Numbered from the stretch's first letter, positions 10,053 through 20,282 are shown. The stretch is DNA of 64,000 bases from Candidatus Wolfebacteria bacterium RIFCSPLOWO2_01_FULL_45_19 (GCA_001793855.1 MGIR01000001.1:8645-72644), one strand, 5' to 3'. Numbers and translations are program-made. The notes: a model not told the origin generated them from the letters alone.

Positions 10053-11082
10053 AGCGTTTTTTTTAATATTACTGGTTATCTTAGTTTCGGTGGGGATATA
10101 CGCCTACACGACTTCTAACCCCGCCCATGAAGCGTACTTCATGAGCGGGGTTGGCGCGCGCGAAACAACTGCGGCTCCTTTTATTGCAGTATCGGATGAC
10201 GGCGGAAAAACTTTTAAAACGGCCTCAACGCACGACGTCGACGACAATCGGAAGCTTCAGGTTTACGACATTAAATTTATTCCAGGAAACGAAAAACTCG
10301 TCTACGCCGGCACAAATCAAGGACTTTTAATCAGCAAAGACGACGGAATGAACTGGTATCTTTACGCCGACCTTGAAAAAAAACTGGACGAAAAAACGCA
10401 AATATACGGGATAACGCCAAACTTAGATGAACCGCGGCAAATTTTCATCTCGGCTTTTAAAAACGACGTGGGCTATTTGTACGAAACGCGGGATAATTTT
10501 TTCACGCTGGAGAATTTGATTGAATTTGAAAATTCGGCGATATATTCTTTGGATTTTAACGGAGGTCGTCTATATATGGGCCTCTCCGACGGCAGAATTA
10601 TGGAATATTATCCCCGCTCATCCACCTTCAGAGCTTTAGCCGCGCTCGGCTCGCCAATTACCGATGTACTGGCAAAAAACGGAACAGGATTAATTTACGC
10701 CGCCACAAAAAACAAGGGCGTATTCGTTAGCGCGAACGGCGGCAACAGCTTCAAGACAGTTAACGGGAGCTCCGATTACCGCCAAGAAACGACAAGAATA
10801 ACCGGCGACAATCTGATTTATGCCGCCTCTCTTCACGGTCTCGCGCGAACAAACGACGGCGGCAATAATTGGACGGCTCTCAATGCGATTGTGCCGAAAA
10901 ATACGCCGATAAACGCGATGACCGTTGACGAAAACGGCAGTATTTACGCTTCGTCCGGCTCTATGTTATATATAAGCAGAGATTACGGATTCAGCTGGCA
11001 AACTGTTCGGCCGCTCCAGAACGAACGCGAAATTTCCGTAATAAGAGCTTCAAAGAATCGGGTAATAATAGGAACGCAATAA
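10042..11082 (+). CDS. BNR/Asp-box repeat protein with N-terminal TM anchor
   Basis: Repeated SxDxGxTW-like boxes: DDGGKTF, KDDGMNW, NGGNSF, NDGGNNW, SRDYGFSW. Confidence 0.6.
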   Translation: MEDKAFFLILLVILVSVGIYAYTTSNPAHEAYFMSGVGARETTAAPFIAVSDDGGKTFKTASTHDVDDNRKLQVYDIKFIPGNEKLVYAGTNQGLLISKDDGMNWYLYADLEKKLDEKTQIYGITPNLDEPRQIFISAFKNDVGYLYETRDNFFTLENLIEFENSAIYSLDFNGGRLYMGLSDGRIMEYYPRSSTFRALAALGSPITDVLAKNGTGLIYAATKNKGVFVSANGGNSFKTVNGSSDYRQETTRITGDNLIYAASLHGLARTNDGGNNWTALNAIVPKNTPINAMTVDENGSIYASSGSMLYISRDYGFSWQTVRPLQNEREISVIRASKNRVIIGTQ

Positions 11083-11087
11083 AACAG

Positions 11088-11618
11088 ATGGTTGATGACT
11101 TATCAAAAATTGTTGAGTCGCTAAGAAACGAATTAATAGGCACGCGCGGCAATCGCCCTTCGCCTAAAATGGTTGAAAACATACCGGTTGACGCCTACGG
11201 ACAAAAAATGACCGTAAAACAGCTCGGTTCCATAACTATTGTTCCGCCGCGGGAAATAGATATAACGGTATGGGACAAAGAAGCCGTAAATTTCGTCGCC
11301 AAAGCCGTGGAGGCGTCACCTCTCGGCGTAACGGCGAACGTTGAAGGAAATCTCATCCGTCTTAATCTTCCGACTCTGACCGAAGAAAGAAAAAAAGAAA
11401 TTATAAAAATGGTGAAATCAACCGCGGAAGAGCACAGAATAAAAATACGCGCCGCGAGAGACGAAGCAAACAAAAAAATAAAGGATGACGAACGGGATAA
11501 AAAAATAAACGAAGATGAATCGTTCAAGCTGAAAGAAAAAGTGCAAAAGAGCGTTAATGACGCCAACAAAAAAATTGAGGAAGTGGTTTTGGCAAAAATA
11601 AAAGAAATAGAAGAATGA
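11088..11618 (+). CDS. frr: ribosome recycling factor
   Basis: Full-length similarity to Frr. Confidence 0.85.
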   Translation: MVDDLSKIVESLRNELIGTRGNRPSPKMVENIPVDAYGQKMTVKQLGSITIVPPREIDITVWDKEAVNFVAKAVEASPLGVTANVEGNLIRLNLPTLTEERKKEIIKMVKSTAEEHRIKIRAARDEANKKIKDDERDKKINEDESFKLKEKVQKSVNDANKKIEEVVLAKIKEIEE

Positions 11619-12673
11619 TTGTATTTTTAGTCATAGTATTTCTGGTTTTGCTGATTATAGTGCACGAGTTGGGACATTTTTTGGCGGCTAAGCTTTTCAA
11701 AGTCAGAGTGGAAGAATTCGGCATCGGATTTCCGCCACGCCTATGGATTAAAAAGGCAGGTGAAACCGTTTACAGTTTTAATGCCTTGCCGCTCGGGGGT
11801 TTCGTAAAATTATTCGGGGAAAATATAAGCGATGACGAAAAAATATCCGAAGAGGAAAAACAAAGCAGTTTCCAGCACCAACCATCATGGAAACGCGCGG
11901 TTGTTATGTTCGCCGGCACGGGAATGAATTTCATCGCCGGTTGGCTGATTATTTCTTCTATTTTTATGCTCGGCATACCGCCGGGATTGGCAATTTCGCA
12001 AGTTGTAACCGATTCTCCCGCGGAATCAGCGGGTTTTAAAGTTAATGACTTTATTTTGGCAGTAAGCGCCAATGGCGCTTCTGTTTTAGAGCCAAAAACG
12101 CCTGATGAATTCGTAAATTTTGTAAAAGAATTTCGCGGGCAAGAATTGCTTATCGCCGTTAATCGCGCTGGGCAAACAGTGAAACTAAAAACGGTACCGC
12201 GCATAGACGCGGCCGAAAACGAAGGAGCTCTCGGAATAGCCGTGGTCCAAAAGGGCATAGAAAAACTCTATCCACCAGCCGCGATATATGAAGGACTTAA
12301 AACTGCAGCGTCAATTTCTTATTTAATAGCCGCGGCGCTTGGCCAAATGCTTGTCGGCGCGTTCAGCGGCCAGCCGGTGCTTGAAAACCTTGTGGGCCCA
12401 ATCGGCATATTCGGGATAGCAGTTAACGCCGGGCAAATCGGAATAATTTACCTTCTTCAGCTTGTGGCTTTAATTTCTTTAAATCTTATGGTTATAAATC
12501 TTATTCCTCTGGTTCCTTTTGACGGAGGCAAGCTACTATTCATAATTATTGAGAAAATAAAAGGTTCAGCGCTGTCTTTGCGAACTGAACAAACCGCCAC
12601 CGCAATAGGCATCGCGTTGATTATTCCGTTATTTATCGTGGTTATTGTCCGTGATATAATAAAATTTTTCTAA
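11615..12673 (+). CDS. rseP: site-2 protease, M50 family (RseP-like) with PDZ
   Basis: HELGHF zinc motif in the first TM segment, and a C-terminal LDG-like region. Confidence 0.8.
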   Translation: MIVFLVIVFLVLLIIVHELGHFLAAKLFKVRVEEFGIGFPPRLWIKKAGETVYSFNALPLGGFVKLFGENISDDEKISEEEKQSSFQHQPSWKRAVVMFAGTGMNFIAGWLIISSIFMLGIPPGLAISQVVTDSPAESAGFKVNDFILAVSANGASVLEPKTPDEFVNFVKEFRGQELLIAVNRAGQTVKLKTVPRIDAAENEGALGIAVVQKGIEKLYPPAAIYEGLKTAASISYLIAAALGQMLVGAFSGQPVLENLVGPIGIFGIAVNAGQIGIIYLLQLVALISLNLMVINLIPLVPFDGGKLLFIIIEKIKGSALSLRTEQTATAIGIALIIPLFIVVIVRDIIKFF

Positions 12674-13109
12674 TAACTGCCCAGGCGAACAATCCGCCCA
12701 GCAAATCAAAAAATAAATCCTTCATCGTATCGGCAGTGCCCAGTTGTGCCACCGCCATGTAGCCTTTTGAAGAAATAAAAACATCAAAAAAGAACTCAAA
12801 AAATTCCCATAGCACGCCGATAAAAGCCGCGAAACTCAGCGCCAAAATCACGCCCAGCCATTTTGAAAGAATTTCATCCCCACGCCCTAAAACGCCCAGA
12901 TGGCATTCGGGCGACCGCCCGTGAGGGTGATTTAGCCCTATAACACTGCGCGTTCGAAAAATCCAAAATAACAGAACAACGGCCCATGCTCCGCCGACGA
13001 AGTGCATAGGAATGTCAATCCATGGATAAGCAAAATACCACAGATTCAAAATCGCGGCGACATGCGCGACGCCGATTAATAAAAGAATGGTTACTACCGC
13101 TTTGCCCAT
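12642..13109 (-). CDS. hypothetical polytopic membrane protein
   Basis: Four predicted TM segments. No recognisable motif. Confidence 0.4.
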   Translation of the reverse strand: MGKAVVTILLLIGVAHVAAILNLWYFAYPWIDIPMHFVGGAWAVVLLFWIFRTRSVIGLNHPHGRSPECHLGVLGRGDEILSKWLGVILALSFAAFIGVLWEFFEFFFDVFISSKGYMAVAQLGTADTMKDLFFDLLGGLFAWAVIRKILLYHGQ

Positions 13110-13501
13110 TGAGGCGCCCGTCTGGCTTTTTTTAATCCGTATTTTTTTCGCTCCACCATTCTCGAATCGCGAGTCAAAAAGCCGAGTTTTCGCAAACGTT
13201 TTTTTAAAATCGGGTTCAAAACCACAAGCGCCCTCGCGAGACCGTGGCGAATTGCTTGCGATTGAGCCGTCAATCCTCCACCTTCCACTTTGGCGGTAAA
13301 ACTTACGTTATCCAGCTTTAATTCCGAAACGGGCACGACGGCGTCAGCGCGCTGGCGTTCCGTCTTGAAATAATCTTTCAACTGCTTTCCGTTCACAGAG
13401 AATTCCCCACTTTTAGCATAAATCCGGACACGCGCTATCGCGGTTTTTCTTCTGCCGACGGCTTCGTAGTATTTCTGTTTTTTATCAATTTTTTTCACCA
13501 T
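13094..13501 (-). CDS. rpsI: 30S ribosomal protein S9
   Basis: C-terminal KKYGLKKARRAPQWAKR. Confidence 0.9.
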   Translation of the reverse strand: MVKKIDKKQKYYEAVGRRKTAIARVRIYAKSGEFSVNGKQLKDYFKTERQRADAVVPVSELKLDNVSFTAKVEGGGLTAQSQAIRHGLARALVVLNPILKKRLRKLGFLTRDSRMVERKKYGLKKARRAPQWAKR

Positions 13502-13845
13502 TATTCTATAATCAATCTATTCAACCTCTTATCCTTCAACGAATTCTTTGGCAGCATTCCTCTGACGGCATGCCTCAAAACCCACCCCGGATTCCTTGAA
13601 AACGTTTCCTGATATTTTCTTTCTTTAAGATGCCCGATGTAACCAGTGTGCCGGTAGTACGTTTTTTGTTCGGCTTTTTTGCCACTGATCGTAATTTGTC
13701 CAATATTTTTAACAACAATTTTTGCCGTACCCGCATTCTTTTTTTCAAAATCCGGACTGTTTTTCTCCTGCAAAAGAATGGCTATTTCGGAAGCCAGGCG
13801 GCCCAATTTTTTATTTTTCGCGTCAATTATGTAATCCATTTGCAT
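13501..13845 (-). CDS. rplM: 50S ribosomal protein L13
   Basis: Similarity to L13; adjacent to rpsI. Confidence 0.8.
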   Translation of the reverse strand: MQMDYIIDAKNKKLGRLASEIAILLQEKNSPDFEKKNAGTAKIVVKNIGQITISGKKAEQKTYYRHTGYIGHLKERKYQETFSRNPGWVLRHAVRGMLPKNSLKDKRLNRLIIE

Positions 13846-13857
13846 AACTTAAAAACA

Positions 13858-13895
13858 GTTCTTGGGTTCTTCAGTTCTTACGTTCTTTAGTTCTC
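13858..13895. repeat. tandem gttcttNN octamer array (single arm) in the rplQ-rplM spacer
   Basis: gttcttgggttcttcagttcttacgttctttagttctc. Confidence 0.6.
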
Positions 13896-14245
13896 TATAC
13901 AAACTCTATAATCGCCATCTTAGCAGAATCTCTCTTTCTTCGCTTCATTCCTTTGATAATCCTGAGATATCCCCCTTTTCTGTCGACGTAACGCGGGGCT
14001 ATTTCATAATATAACTTCTGCGCCGACTGTTTCGGAAGACGCGAAAGCAAAAGCCGAAAGCTGGCCATAGTTTGCTTTTTAGCCAACGTCAGAAGTTTTT
14101 CCATTTTCGGCCTTAGTTCTTTGGCGCGCGGCTCCGTAGTTTCAATGTTCTCACGCATTATAAGATTGTTCAAAAGCCCCTTTAAGAACGCTCGCCTTTG
14201 TCCCCTTTCTCTTCCGAATTTTCTGCCCTTTTTTCCGTGCCTCAT
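13895..14245 (-). CDS. rplQ: 50S ribosomal protein L17
   Basis: MRHGKKGRKFGR start. Confidence 0.9.
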   Translation of the reverse strand: MRHGKKGRKFGRERGQRRAFLKGLLNNLIMRENIETTEPRAKELRPKMEKLLTLAKKQTMASFRLLLSRLPKQSAQKLYYEIAPRYVDRKGGYLRIIKGMKRRKRDSAKMAIIEFV

Positions 14246-15027
14246 TATTTTTTCTTAGCGGTTTTCTTTGATTTCGCTTTTTTCTCCGGCTTGTCCGCCA
14301 TAACCTTGACGTCGGCGGACTCGGCTGCCTTCATAACCTCTACCGCGGATACTTTTTCAAAATGGTCCTTCAGAATATTGCTCGCCTTATGAAGAGCGGA
14401 AGATGGAGCGATAGTTCCGTCAGTGACTATATGGAAACGCACGCGATTGTAGTCAGTGCGATCTCCGATTCGCATATTTTCCACTTCAAAATTAACTTTA
14501 ATAACCGGCGAAAAGGCGGCGTCCAAAGCTATAGCGCCTATCGGCAGCTTTTCGCTCTTTCTCGCTTCGGACGGAACATACCCCAAGCCCTTTTCAACCG
14601 TTAATTCGGCTTCAAATTCCGCGTTTTTGGCGGTAAGCGTGGCAAGCAAAACTTCGGGCGTTACAAGTTCAATCTGCGCGTTTGTTTTTATATCGGAAGC
14701 ATAAATTTTTTTCTCTCCCTTAACTTTAACAGTCAAAGCCTGCGGTTCATCGGTGTACATTTTGAAGCGCAATTTTTTGAAATTAAGCGAAATCGTTACC
14801 GCGTCTTCGAGAACGTTTTCCATCGCGGTAAATTCATGCCCGATTCCCTTAATCTTAATCTGAGTGACCGCCGCTCCCGGCAAAGAAGAATATAAGACGC
14901 GCCGAAGAGCGTTGCCCATAGTAATGCCATAGCCACTGTAAAGGCCTTCTATTTCAAAAACGCCTTCTTTTTCGTTTTCCGAAACGGTTTTAATCGCCAC
15001 TGTTTCGCTTAAATATTGGTATTTCAT
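14245..15027 (-). CDS. rpoA: RNA polymerase alpha subunit, N-terminal domain only with Lys-rich tail
   Basis: The alpha N-terminal domain is recognisable. The 260 aa protein ends in KPEKKAKSKKTAKKK and has no recognisable alpha C-terminal domain. Confidence 0.8.
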   Translation of the reverse strand: MKYQYLSETVAIKTVSENEKEGVFEIEGLYSGYGITMGNALRRVLYSSLPGAAVTQIKIKGIGHEFTAMENVLEDAVTISLNFKKLRFKMYTDEPQALTVKVKGEKKIYASDIKTNAQIELVTPEVLLATLTAKNAEFEAELTVEKGLGYVPSEARKSEKLPIGAIALDAAFSPVIKVNFEVENMRIGDRTDYNRVRFHIVTDGTIAPSSALHKASNILKDHFEKVSAVEVMKAAESADVKVMADKPEKKAKSKKTAKKK

Positions 15028-15029
15028 GT

Positions 15030-15650
15030 TTATTTACTATAGTAATCCACTACCAGGTTTAAATCAAAGGGCGCTTCTATATTTTTTGGCGCCGATACGA
15101 CCTTGCCGTCAAGCTTATCGTGTTCCAAAACAAGCCACGATGGCGGCTCGTATTTTTTGAGCAACTCCGGCAAATCTACGAACGGCTTTAAATTTTTGGA
15201 CTGCTCTCTGAGCGCTATGACATCTCCAATTTTAACTTTATGAGACGGCGAGGCGGTCTTGCGGCCGTTAACCGTAATATGGCCATGATTCACGAATTGA
15301 CGCGCGACAATTCGTGAAGGCGCGAAACCGAGCCGGTAAACCGCGTTATCCAGACGCTTCTCCAGCAATTCAATCATTTTCTCGCCGGTGACTTCCGGAT
15401 TACGCAAGGCATTCTTAACCAAACGAAGCGTTTGAGAATCATTTAAGCCGTATGTTAGTTTTATTTTTTGATTCTCGCGCCATTGTCTGCCGAGCTCCGA
15501 CATAATCTTTCGCTTTCTTGACTGTCCATGAGCGCCGGGACGATACGGCTTTTTTATCATGGCGCACTTTGGCGAATTGCAGCGATGAGCTTTCAAAAAA
15601 AGCTTCACGCCCAACGCACGTTCTTTTTTTTCTTTTGCTGCTATTGGCAT
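15030..15650 (-). CDS. rpsD: 30S ribosomal protein S4
   Basis: Zn-ribbon-containing N-terminus; S4 domain. Confidence 0.9.
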   Translation of the reverse strand: MPIAAKEKKERALGVKLFLKAHRCNSPKCAMIKKPYRPGAHGQSRKRKIMSELGRQWRENQKIKLTYGLNDSQTLRLVKNALRNPEVTGEKMIELLEKRLDNAVYRLGFAPSRIVARQFVNHGHITVNGRKTASPSHKVKIGDVIALREQSKNLKPFVDLPELLKKYEPPSWLVLEHDKLDGKVVSAPKNIEAPFDLNLVVDYYSK

Positions 15651-16114
15651 TATATTCTGCGAGCTTTTTTCGGCCTTGGACCATTATGCGCTATCGGAGT
15701 TATATCCGCTATTGATAATATATTAAACCCCTGATTGGCAAGGGAGCGCAATGCCGCGTCTCTTCCCGAACTCGCGCCCTTCAACTTTACATGAACATTG
15801 AGCGGCCCGGATTTTCTAACTTTTTCCGTGATGGCGGCGATGATTTTTGAAGATGCGAACGGAGTCGCTTTTTTTGGTCCGGAAAAACCCAAAGCGCCGG
15901 AAGATGCCCATGCGACCACGTTGCCTTTTTCGTCTGTAACGGTAACCATCGTATTATTGTAAGACGCGCTTATATACACGCAGCCCGTTTCTATTTTTTT
16001 GGCCTGCCCGCCCGTTGGCTGGGACGCGCTCTTAACTTCGGCGGGCGTGGATGTCGCTTTTTCTTCTCTTGAAACCTCTTCGGTTATTTTTTCAGCTATT
16101 TTTTTCTTACCCAT
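15650..16114 (-). CDS. rpsK: 30S ribosomal protein S11 (N-terminal extension)
   Basis: Conserved S11 core. Confidence 0.9.
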   Translation of the reverse strand: MGKKKIAEKITEEVSREEKATSTPAEVKSASQPTGGQAKKIETGCVYISASYNNTMVTVTDEKGNVVAWASSGALGFSGPKKATPFASSKIIAAITEKVRKSGPLNVHVKLKGASSGRDAALRSLANQGFNILSIADITPIAHNGPRPKKARRI

Positions 16115-16131
16115 GATATTTACACTTTACA

Positions 16132-16515
16132 TTATTTCAGGTCCACTTTTCTCTTACCGCTGCCGGCGGTCTTGCGAACATTGCCGCGAACAGTGCGCGA
16201 ATTTGTTTTTGTCCGCTGTCCTCTCACCGGAAGGCGCCGCGCATGGCGATTACCGCGATAACTTTGAATTTCTTTCAATCGCTGGATATTCTGCTTTGTA
16301 ACTTGCCGCAGTTCACCCTCAATTTTGAAATTCTTTTCAAGCGTGATCTTTATCTTATTAATCTCATCCTGCGTCAAATCTTTCGCCCTTTTATTCGGAT
16401 TAACTCCGGCGGTTTTCAAGATCACTCCGGAAGAATGCCGACCTACCCCGTAAATATAAGTCAGCGCTATCTCAACTCTTTTATTGTCCGGTATGTTTAT
16501 GCCTGTTATACGCAT
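16132..16515 (-). CDS. rpsM: 30S ribosomal protein S13
   Basis: MRITGINIP start. Confidence 0.9.
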   Translation of the reverse strand: MRITGINIPDNKRVEIALTYIYGVGRHSSGVILKTAGVNPNKRAKDLTQDEINKIKITLEKNFKIEGELRQVTKQNIQRLKEIQSYRGNRHARRLPVRGQRTKTNSRTVRGNVRKTAGSGKRKVDLK

Positions 16516-16580
16516 TTTTGTATATTTATCCCTAAATCAAACTGCGTTTGATCGGGCGAACAATTTGCAATCAAATTGTT

Positions 16581-16697
16581 CTAGCCTTGTCTTTGTTTAT
16601 GCTTCGGTTCTTTTTTGCATACTACATAAAGCCGTCCATTTCTTCGGACGGTTTGACAATTCTTGCATCTTTTTTTAACAGAAGCCTGTACCTTCAT
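16581..16697 (-). CDS. rpmJ: 50S ribosomal protein L36 (38 aa; not in ORF track)
   Basis: Minus-strand translation [38 protein letters not shown]. Confidence 0.85.
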   Translation of the reverse strand: MKVQASVKKRCKNCQTVRRNGRLYVVCKKEPKHKQRQG

Positions 16698-16698
16698 T

Positions 16699-16911
16699 TT
16701 ATCTTCTACGAACTAACCTCCCTCTTGCCTTGTCGTATGGACTCATCTCCACCAAGACCCTGTCACCGGGAACAACTCTTATATGATAAAGACGCATTTT
16801 CCCCGCGAGATACGCCAGTATTACGGAATCGTCCGAAAGGCGCACCTTGAAATTGCCTCCCGGCAAAGCTTCTTCTACCAACCCTTCCATCAACCGATTC
16901 TGATCACTCAT
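16699..16911 (-). CDS. infA: translation initiation factor IF-1
   Basis: S1-like IF-1 sequence. Confidence 0.9.
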   Translation of the reverse strand: MSDQNRLMEGLVEEALPGGNFKVRLSDDSVILAYLAGKMRLYHIRVVPGDRVLVEMSPYDKARGRLVRRR

Positions 16912-16962
16912 ACAAATATAGAGACAATTTTACAAAACTCATAATCAATAGTCAAGTCCTCG

Positions 16963-18495
16963 TTACTGTATTATTATCCTAACCTTATCCGGGTTGTCGG
17001 GAATGGTTCCAACCCAAAACGGCCAGAAATTTATGCTCCCAGATTTAAAACCGGGCAAAGAATAAATGACCGCCTGCGCGTCGTCTTCCTTTTTCCCAAT
17101 CAAGTTGCGCATAAGCGCGTTTTCTTCAATCGGCCGCGCGAAAACACCTTTGAAATTCACGCGAAAAGAAAGAGATACTCTGTCCTCGCTCAGATTGGCG
17201 CCACTGTAACTTATTTCATATTCTCTAACCGCTATATCCGGATGCGAATCTTTTTTGGCGCGTTCGCGAAGCATCTCAACCAAATCACTCTCTTTGAATC
17301 CAAAAGCGATTCTTTCCGCTTCTCCAAAGACAGAGAATTTGCCGTCGCTGTTTGTTTCTTCGTTAATCACTTGCCTTATTACGCGCGAAGCAAAAGCGCC
17401 TTCTATAAAAACGAAACCGTCGGGAACGTTTTGCGCCAAAGTAATTTTCAACACGTCTTCAAGCGCCTGATTCACCGCTTTTTTCGCGGCGGCTATATCG
17501 CTTTCGGTAGGATATGCTTGTTCTCCTATGAATCCACCATCCATATTCCCGGAAGAAGAACCGTAGAAACCTTCAAAGCGCGGGGTGCCTCTGAATCCCG
17601 GAATTGAAAAACGGGCGACCGGCCCTACATTATATTCGGAACCAGGCTTGTCCGCGGTAACGTTCGCATTGATACTTGACGGCTCAATCTTGCCGCCAAC
17701 AATTTTGGCGCCGGGCACGGTAATGCCGCTGTCCAAACGATAAATCTTGCCGTCCGTGGTTTCAAAACGAGTTGTGGCGACAAGCGGCTGGGGACTGGAA
17801 CTGAAAGCGTTGTAAATTGTCATAACCCCTTTGGCCTTGCGCTCCACGAATCGCTTTCCCGAAGCCGAAAAAACCTGTTGGACATTTTTAGGTTCCGTGA
17901 ACAACGCTCCCGGAATCAGCGCGCCCTCCGCGTCAAAGGCCGCGAGCGATTTATCTGCCTTAACCAATCCGGCGTATTCCCATTCCGTTTTTTGAACATT
18001 TACGATCACTTCTACGCGCGGAAGAACTTTAACCGCGACAAACGCCGTTAAGCCCAAAATAGCTACTGACGCAATCACAAAAAGCGGTTTCTTTAAAAAT
18101 TTTCGAGGCGGCGAAATTTTTTCTACGTAGTCGTTTTGAACTTCCTGAGATTCTTCACGCTGTGATTCCGGCCGCGCTTGGCGCGCAACGTTTCTTCGCG
18201 CCGGAGGAATTATGTCCGAGAACGTCTTTTTTTGGTCAACTCCCCTGAAAAACGGATTGTAGCTTGCTATGCCGACGGATTCGGCAAGTGCCAGAATATG
18301 TTCGTCAACGGACTCGACTATTATTTTCTTTCCGGCGGTGTCCGCCTCACGCTTAAGCAATTCAAAATTCATCACAGATTCTCCAAGCTTGGAAAATCTG
18401 GGCACGTTTAAAACCGCCTCGACGTTTTCGGTATTTATTATTTTTTCAGCTATTGACGAAAGCTCTTCGCTTTTGCCTATAAATATCTTTGCCAT
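16963..18495 (-). CDS. hypothetical single-pass membrane protein (cytoplasmic N-domain, large extracytoplasmic C-domain)
   Basis: TM helix around residue 140. No recognised domain. It occupies the slot where secY-adk-map usually sit. Confidence 0.45.
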   Translation of the reverse strand: MAKIFIGKSEELSSIAEKIINTENVEAVLNVPRFSKLGESVMNFELLKREADTAGKKIIVESVDEHILALAESVGIASYNPFFRGVDQKKTFSDIIPPARRNVARQARPESQREESQEVQNDYVEKISPPRKFLKKPLFVIASVAILGLTAFVAVKVLPRVEVIVNVQKTEWEYAGLVKADKSLAAFDAEGALIPGALFTEPKNVQQVFSASGKRFVERKAKGVMTIYNAFSSSPQPLVATTRFETTDGKIYRLDSGITVPGAKIVGGKIEPSSINANVTADKPGSEYNVGPVARFSIPGFRGTPRFEGFYGSSSGNMDGGFIGEQAYPTESDIAAAKKAVNQALEDVLKITLAQNVPDGFVFIEGAFASRVIRQVINEETNSDGKFSVFGEAERIAFGFKESDLVEMLRERAKKDSHPDIAVREYEISYSGANLSEDRVSLSFRVNFKGVFARPIEENALMRNLIGKKEDDAQAVIYSLPGFKSGSINFWPFWVGTIPDNPDKVRIIIQ

Positions 18496-18978
18496 TTAAA
18501 GAATTCCCAACTCCCGTAAAAATGCTTTATAGTTTTCAATTGCGTGTCCGGCTTCAACCGGAGAAACTTCAAAACCCGGCGTGTGGACTATATTGTTGCG
18601 AAGACGATGCGCGCGCCAAAGCGCGTCCAAACTCCTCATTTCGTCAGTCGGTAGATTGTCCAAGCGGTCCGCCATATGTTCTCCCGGCAAGCCGATTTTC
18701 TTCAAAACGCCGTCAACGAACTTGTCTGCCTCAATAATAGCAATTTTTGCCGCTTCGGGCAAATCAACAGCCGCCCTCTTTTCAATCTCCGACCATTTTT
18801 CGGCAAACACGGCGTTTTTAGCCGTAAGAATACGTTTTTTTTTCATCTCTTGTAAAGAAAAACGCGGTCTAAAATTCAGGCTTTTCCGTAAAACATAAAT
18901 AATGCCCCCAAGCAAAGCGGCTACAAGAACGTACATAATAGTCTTGAAAATTATGAACCCGGATTGAAATATCTCCAT
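18496..18978 (-). CDS. hypothetical membrane-anchored protein with C-terminal Rx4H (HEPN-like) motif
   Basis: N-terminal TM; RLRNNIVH motif. Confidence 0.35.
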   Translation of the reverse strand: MEIFQSGFIIFKTIMYVLVAALLGGIIYVLRKSLNFRPRFSLQEMKKKRILTAKNAVFAEKWSEIEKRAAVDLPEAAKIAIIEADKFVDGVLKKIGLPGEHMADRLDNLPTDEMRSLDALWRAHRLRNNIVHTPGFEVSPVEAGHAIENYKAFLRELGIL

Positions 18979-18982
18979 CTCG

Positions 18983-20275
18983 TTATTTAAACTTCTCTAT
19001 TTCTTCCTCTTCTCCAAATATAGCCAATCCAGCCGGCGGACCGGCCTTGCGGCTTTCAACGCGTTTCAGATGCGGGGCGATAAGAACGAATTGTGTCGGC
19101 GGATGAAAAATAGTCGCGAGACATTCCGTGTTCAACACGAAAGGAATAGAGTGAAAATTCCAATACAGCCAATGCGAAGTGATCACGCGCCCCATAAATG
19201 TCTCCGGTGGAGTTTCTCTGCGCCGATAATTATAAAGAAAGCGCTGTTTACGATACATTATTCTTTTTTTCGCAAAAACATAGGGCCATGCGAACCGCTT
19301 AATCACAGTACTCGCGCTGTAATTCGGGCGAAACGAGTTAAGATTCAGCGCGGAATACTGGTTAAACGCGCCCATCACTCCGCGCCTGGCAAAGGCATCG
19401 AAAAAAATATCTTTTGGCGCGATATAAAGCAATCTTACTACGGCAGCAAAAGCCGACTTTGAAAGATTGTTTTCCACCTCCTCGAGCACAAACGTTTCGC
19501 CGGGAGTCCGCATCACTTTCGCGAAATCCATAGCTCCGGATGGAGCGCTTTTAGCCGCGCCTTTGGTTGCCGATTCTTTTAATTTCGCGATGGTGCCCCT
19601 GTATTTGTCCGCCCAATCCGGTCCGCTCGGAGTTATCAAAATCTGTATGCCGACAAATTCTCCTTTTTTAACTTTGCTTAAAAGTTCAATAAAAGTGGAC
19701 ATCGGGTCAAATTCTTTTTCTTCGGCTGGCGATTCAAATTTGAGATATGTTTTTATCGGATACGCGGATTCTTTTATCAATGCCAATTCCGTCCCCCAAA
19801 TACTCAACTCTCTTTCTTCCATTTCGCGCAAATTAACCGGGATCTGATTGGCGTAATCGTCAACCTCCGAAACTTCAACGTCGGGATAATAAGAAAAAAA
19901 CGCGGCTTCAACCAAACCACGGTATCGCGCGTAGGTTCTTACAAAAAAACGCACTTCGCCCCCTAAGCTGACCATTTCCAAAGAAAAAGGCCTCGTGACT
20001 TCGCCGTCTATGTATTCGTCTTTTAAATTGGCCGGAGAATTGCGGAGCGAATGAATAGCCGCCAAAACCTGCTCCATGGCCCTTACACCTTTTTTTATTT
20101 CACGCGGCATCCTTAATTCCAAAACCGCCCACTCGTTTTCGCTCTTAAACAATTCCTGCCTCCAAAAAAGCCATGCCGACCTAAAAATCGGCAAAAGTAC
20201 GATGGGAATAAAAAACCACCAAGTGGCTTTTATAAAATTCTGTGTTAGTTGTAGAATTAGAAAAAGCGGCTCCAC
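18983..20275 (-). CDS. hypothetical membrane-anchored protein
   Basis: N-terminal TM, 430 aa, no recognised motif. Confidence 0.4.
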   Translation of the reverse strand: MEPLFLILQLTQNFIKATWWFFIPIVLLPIFRSAWLFWRQELFKSENEWAVLELRMPREIKKGVRAMEQVLAAIHSLRNSPANLKDEYIDGEVTRPFSLEMVSLGGEVRFFVRTYARYRGLVEAAFFSYYPDVEVSEVDDYANQIPVNLREMEERELSIWGTELALIKESAYPIKTYLKFESPAEEKEFDPMSTFIELLSKVKKGEFVGIQILITPSGPDWADKYRGTIAKLKESATKGAAKSAPSGAMDFAKVMRTPGETFVLEEVENNLSKSAFAAVVRLLYIAPKDIFFDAFARRGVMGAFNQYSALNLNSFRPNYSASTVIKRFAWPYVFAKKRIMYRKQRFLYNYRRRETPPETFMGRVITSHWLYWNFHSIPFVLNTECLATIFHPPTQFVLIAPHLKRVESRKAGPPAGLAIFGEEEEIEKFK

Positions 20276-20282
20276 TTCAAAA

